DNA of 64,000 bases. It comes from Stramenopiles sp. TOSAG23-3. Its lineage: Eukaryota. This document shows, piece after piece, positions 63,524 through 64,000 of the stretch (its first letter is position 1; every line of letters begins with the position of its first letter). The notes under the pieces are model-generated. The model was not told the DNA's origin. It saw only the letters and a list, made by a program, of their open reading frames with translations, and ran no database searches. The stretch is taken from NCBI GenBank assembly GCA_900128585.1, contig LT642146.1:1-64000 (forward strand). The letters run 5' to 3'. The position numbers and the translations under genes are program-made.

Positions 63524-63638
63524 TGCCATGCGTGTTTCATGTGTTTCGTATGATAAGTTCTTTTTGTTGTCTATAAGAGATAATTTAAAAAAAAAACAAA
63601 TTATATATGTGTATGAAATTTATAATTAAAATTACATG

Positions 63639-63885
63639 AAAAGGAACGTAAACCTGTAATGGACAAAAGGGAGCAGATTCACTTACGCGGTACACGAGGA
63701 AGAATAAATTTTAATTTACTTAAAATAACAGCCAATTTTTTCGTTTATATTGAGAAGTACAAAAGGAGCTAAAAAGTATAAAATAACAGCCAATTTTCTT
63801 GTTTTAAAAAAGTAATTTTCTGTATAAATATGATCTTCTTCATGTAATCATATCGCGAATGTGTACGTCTGCTCCTTGTTTTATA
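63639..63885. repeat. Dispersed repeat family, cluster 4 (inverted full copy, inverted head, degenerate forward core)
   Basis: aaaaggaacgtaaacct..atggacaaaagggagcagattcacttacgcggtac..taacagccaattttt (63639-63748); aataacagccaattttcttgtttt (63782-63805); tcttcttcatgta..tcgcgaa..tctgctcctt (63835-63877). Confidence 0.85.
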
Positions 63886-64000
63886 AATTTAAAGCCTAAA
63901 CAATGGCTTTACGAACGCTCGCAGTACATCGATTTCATGTCGAGCATTGGTGTAATCCTCTCGCGAACCAGCTTCACCGACAGCCAAATTTGCAGCATTT

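Noticed and set aside
1-64000. Alternative genetic code or stop readthrough
   Set aside because: TAA, TAG and TGA all terminate conserved genes, and the breaks are frame changes rather than in-frame stops.

Overview
Gene-dense eukaryotic DNA in the standard code: about 20 protein genes, apparently intron-less or nearly so, separated by AT-rich spacers, with one 107-N scaffold gap. Gene content (MYCBPAP-like, Sfi1-like) suggests a flagellated protist, possibly a stramenopile; this is inference. Recognisable genes: organellar MetRS, RPC3/POLR3C, CCT5, NOP14, an NSUN2-like m5C methyltransferase, DGAT2-like acyltransferase, ARMT1/DUF89, an EAAT/SDF transporter, a divergent 14-3-3, a six-bromodomain protein, a folate-receptor-like protein and a SUMO-like-domain protein. 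Unusual architectures: (i) a 2537-aa receptor with two Venus-flytrap domains, EGF, two OpuAC-like binding domains, Cys-rich repeats and a multi-TM region interrupted by a GAF-like insert; (ii) an MYCBPAP-like protein fused to a degenerate phosphoglycerate kinase; (iii) a Cys-less LOV/PAS domain fused to a KA1-like domain; (iv) ankyrin-Sfi1-like-ankyrin; (v) FG-GAP joined to half a heme peroxidase. Five coding regions have reading-frame breaks. Two of them also lack conserved sequence at the break, so assembly artefact is the leading explanation. Non-coding structure includes a 68-bp near-perfect palindrome with TA|CAG...CTG|TA ends, a dispersed repeat family seen only downstream of gene 3' ends, GTAC-rich micro-palindrome tracts and a ~200-bp tandem duplication. 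No rRNA, tRNA or CRISPR array was recognised.
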